A DNA stretch of 63,995 bases, counting the filler, from Lama guanicoe (lineage: Eukaryota): the NCBI GenBank assembly GCA_013239625.1. It is 199 parts of 199 records of this genome, joined end to end, with 100 filler letters (N's around TTAATTAATTAA, not from the genome) between each part and the next. Parts side by side here need not be neighbours in the genome. Positions count along the whole stretch, not along the records: positions 60,543 to 60,765 come from PNXV01041273.1; positions 60,866 to 61,088 come from PNXV01041274.1; positions 61,189 to 61,411 come from PNXV01041275.1; positions 61,512 to 61,734 come from PNXV01041276.1; positions 61,835 to 62,057 come from PNXV01041277.1; positions 62,158 to 62,380 come from PNXV01041278.1; positions 62,481 to 62,703 come from PNXV01041279.1; positions 62,804 to 63,026 come from PNXV01041280.1; 191 more parts are not named here. The stretch is one strand, 5' to 3'. Below the pieces are notes generated by a model. It did no database searches, was not told the origin of the DNA, and worked only from the letters and a program-made list of their open reading frames with translations. The position numbers and the translations under genes are program-made. Each line of letters starts with the position of its first letter. The stretch's first letter is position 1. Positions 60,443 through 63,995 of this stretch are shown piece by piece.

Positions 60443-61511
60443 NNNNNNNNNNNNNNNNNNNNNNNNNNNNNNNNNNNNNNNNNNNNTTAATTAATTAANN
60501 NNNNNNNNNNNNNNNNNNNNNNNNNNNNNNNNNNNNNNNNNNAGAATTGACAGGAACATGGTAGAAAAGAGAATCAAACATGCTGCACCTTCATCTCTTT
60601 TTTTGAGAATGAGCTTGTCCCTAACTCACACACACCTTTACTCCACACAAATAAAGAACATTTAAACTAGGATCTGCCATTTGTTGTAACCCTTTTCCCA
60701 CAAAGAAGCAAACTCTAATGACTTCTGGTCCCAGCCCCTGGACCGGGGTCATCAGACTATACGGANNNNNNNNNNNNNNNNNNNNNNNNNNNNNNNNNNN
60801 NNNNNNNNNTTAATTAATTAANNNNNNNNNNNNNNNNNNNNNNNNNNNNNNNNNNNNNNNNNNNNATACAGTATATATTTCAATGTTAAAATTTGAACTT
60901 AAAGGCTGTTTACTAATAATGTTAAACTATCAAAATATAAGATACAAAAAGCTATATAGAAATAAGATGTGTACTTCTTTAATAAGTTGCATACATAAAG
61001 TACAATACCTTTAAAAGATACTCATTGATTTATTCATAGATTCAAGAAATTTACCTGAATGCCCACCATCTGCAAGGCACTGGGCTAGNNNNNNNNNNNN
61101 NNNNNNNNNNNNNNNNNNNNNNNNNNNNNNNNTTAATTAATTAANNNNNNNNNNNNNNNNNNNNNNNNNNNNNNNNNNNNNNNNNNNNGGAGGCCGGGGC
61201 TGGGGTTGAACTGAAGCCAAAAATAAGTGCAGCCTGGATACAGGGGCCGGGGCGTTCTCGGAGCTCCTTCCTCAGTCCTGGCCCTGTGTGAGTGGCCGGA
61301 TCCCGGTGTTCTGCTGCAGCCACCACCGCGGGTTTGCTCACCATCTCGTGGGGAACAGGGGTCTCCTGCCAAACTACCGGCCCCCGCCTGGCTCAGGCCC
61401 CACCAACCCTGNNNNNNNNNNNNNNNNNNNNNNNNNNNNNNNNNNNNNNNNNNNNTTAATTAATTAANNNNNNNNNNNNNNNNNNNNNNNNNNNNNNNNN
61501 NNNNNNNNNNN

Positions 61512-61670
61512 GGAAGCCACTGGAGAGTTTTAAGCAGGAGAAGGGAGCACAGGTAATGTTCGGTTGTAGAAAATCACTCTGACTGCCTTTTAGGGGGTGG
61601 ATTAAAGGCAGGAGAGAAGAAAGGAGTCACCGCTGTTGCCAGGTGACTGTGGTAGAGGCTGGACCCGGGC
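61512..61670 (-). mobile_element. LINE-2 fragment
   Basis: ggaagccactggagagttttaagcagg...aaaatcactctgactgcc...gtggatt. Confidence 0.7.
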
Positions 61671-61834
61671 AGCCACGTGGACCACCGTGGGAAGGGGCAG
61701 CAGACAGGAACTGCTACGTATAAAATAGATTAAANNNNNNNNNNNNNNNNNNNNNNNNNNNNNNNNNNNNNNNNNNNNTTAATTAATTAANNNNNNNNNN
61801 NNNNNNNNNNNNNNNNNNNNNNNNNNNNNNNNNN

Positions 61835-62057
61835 CTGCAGAACAATCAACAATGGAAATGACTGGAACCTACCGGAAAAGATCCACTACAACTAAAGACA
61901 TAAAGAAGGAACCACGACAATATGGGTAAGAGGAGACGGATTTGTAATATAATCGAAACCCGTATGCCACCCCTACAAAGGGAGTCACCCACAAACTGGA
62001 GATTAATTATAATGCAGAGGTTCCCCGCCAAGAATGAGAGTTCTCAGTTCTATATCA
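61835..62057 (+). mobile_element. LINE-1 5' UTR fragment (cetartiodactyl-type)
   Basis: gactggaacctacc..aaaagat...actacaactaaagacataaagaaggaaccac...acccacaaactggaga..aattat...cagaggttc...gagagttctcag. The family is assigned from recall. Confidence 0.75.
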
Positions 62058-63995
62058 NNNNNNNNNNNNNNNNNNNNNNNNNNNNNNNNNNNNNNNNNNN
62101 NTTAATTAATTAANNNNNNNNNNNNNNNNNNNNNNNNNNNNNNNNNNNNNNNNNNNNCTGTGACCAGCTGGAGAGAAACTGCAATGAGCTCCAAGCCAAG
62201 GTCCCTGTCCGAGCGCCTGGCTGAAAAAGAAAAGCGGAACCCGGCCCATGAGCAAAGGAGCGACTGTGTTAGCGATCAAGCCTTTCTGGAACGTGTAGTA
62301 ATTGTTTTGCCTTTACTCTGAGTTACAACACAAACAATCAAATTTCCAGGTTCTATTAGATTTAATGTAATGGGAACCTANNNNNNNNNNNNNNNNNNNN
62401 NNNNNNNNNNNNNNNNNNNNNNNNTTAATTAATTAANNNNNNNNNNNNNNNNNNNNNNNNNNNNNNNNNNNNNNNNNNNNCTGACTGCTTTCCTGTTAAG
62501 ACTGTAAACACCGAAGCGTAAAACCCACTTCCATCCTACTGCTTAGCACACAGGTCAGGTCCACGATTAGTAAAGTTCCTAAATGAATGAAGATTAAGAA
62601 ACTGCTGGAGGTATGCAGGGGGAGTCGGAAGAATCAACGCTGATGAACACCCTACTGATAAAAACGAAGCTGCTTTGACCCTACCTCCCTCACCCCTTCC
62701 AAGNNNNNNNNNNNNNNNNNNNNNNNNNNNNNNNNNNNNNNNNNNNNTTAATTAATTAANNNNNNNNNNNNNNNNNNNNNNNNNNNNNNNNNNNNNNNNN
62801 NNNTGCACAAGGCTGATGAATCCATTCATAACTACATTTACGTGTAGCCCTATGGAAAGCATTCAAAACGCTGAATCTCAGGGACACGAGGACAATCTAC
62901 TCTGTGAAAACAATAACTCCAGAACGGAGGGTTCCAGAGGAGAAAATGCCCCCATCAGGGAGAACTTGGTTTCTGACAATTTTTAAATAGCTGCCTATCT
63001 TCCCTCGGAGCAGGTTTTCAAATGGANNNNNNNNNNNNNNNNNNNNNNNNNNNNNNNNNNNNNNNNNNNNTTAATTAATTAANNNNNNNNNNNNNNNNNN
63101 NNNNNNNNNNNNNNNNNNNNNNNNNNCCCACCTCTGTAAAAAATGCAAAATTTCTTCCCCTGTGAAGAACACATACACAAAATGCAACAGAGAATTCAAA
63201 TTCTTGTAGAGAGGAGAAAAAGCCACAGAATCAAAGCAAAGTTATTACTATGAGTAAATTCAATGTTCACTGGACAAATATGCTCAATGCATTCAATGAA
63301 TTTTAAAGGCACACTGGAAGCCATTCACTTAATTATCTGCAGGCTAGAGNNNNNNNNNNNNNNNNNNNNNNNNNNNNNNNNNNNNNNNNNNNNTTAATTA
63401 ATTAANNNNNNNNNNNNNNNNNNNNNNNNNNNNNNNNNNNNNNNNNNNNGTTTCTCCTGCCAACATATCGCTTTGAGCTAGATGAAATAATGTCTCTCCA
63501 CATGCTCATTTGTGTGAGTTATTTGTGTTTGAAAGCCGTCCTTCGGCTAGCTTGTTGGGAAGACAAGCTTCTTTTAGGTTGGAAATTACACGCCGTAAAT
63601 ATATATCGGTGTGTAGTAGGTCAATTTGGATTTACAGTGAAAACTGAAGGAACTACAAACTGGCATGGGGAANNNNNNNNNNNNNNNNNNNNNNNNNNNN
63701 NNNNNNNNNNNNNNNNTTAATTAATTAANNNNNNNNNNNNNNNNNNNNNNNNNNNNNNNNNNNNNNNNNNNNGTGCATTTAAAGATAACTGATTGACTAC
63801 TGACATTCTTCTCAATGCTGTGTTGCACAGATACCTAGCTCTCAAAGGAATTATATTTTTTTATTTACCTTAAATTAGTAAATTGCATAGTGTCTAAAAT
63901 AGTAAAACTCATGCCAACATGTGACATGTATAAGCTAAGGTCTTCATCTAGCAATATTTTTTAAAACAAATTACCCATAACCATTTAAAAATTCT

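Overview
This window is not a contiguous locus. It is an artificial pseudo-scaffold of 199 unrelated short contigs (44,195 real bases). They are joined by 198 identical 100-bp spacers, each N44-TTAATTAATTAA-N44, a palindrome that places stops in all six frames. The contigs are sorted by length: 222 bp up to 56,892 and mostly 223 bp after that. The DNA is eutherian mammal. The tRNA-Ala-derived SINEs, the cetartiodactyl-type L1 ends and the absence of any Alu, B1, BovB/Bov-tA or PRE-1 copy I could recognise suggest a camelid (inference). Most contigs are intronic or intergenic and carry fragments of L1, L2, MIR, MLT/ERV LTRs, ERVL pol and microsatellites. Recognisable gene pieces are a complete 120-bp SEL1L3 exon, part of FMN2 exon 1, two OR4C olfactory receptor fragments, a KRAB-A exon end and an EEF1A1 3' end joined to an L1 5' end. 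A few unidentified candidate exons are also present. Two contig pairs are assembly-graph bubble arms with exactly 49 identical bases at each end. Nearly all entries in the supplied ORF track are spurious read-through into N runs. I find no support for a novel multi-gene biological system, because adjacency between contigs carries no biological meaning here. Gene and repeat names come from my recall of the families, not from database searches.
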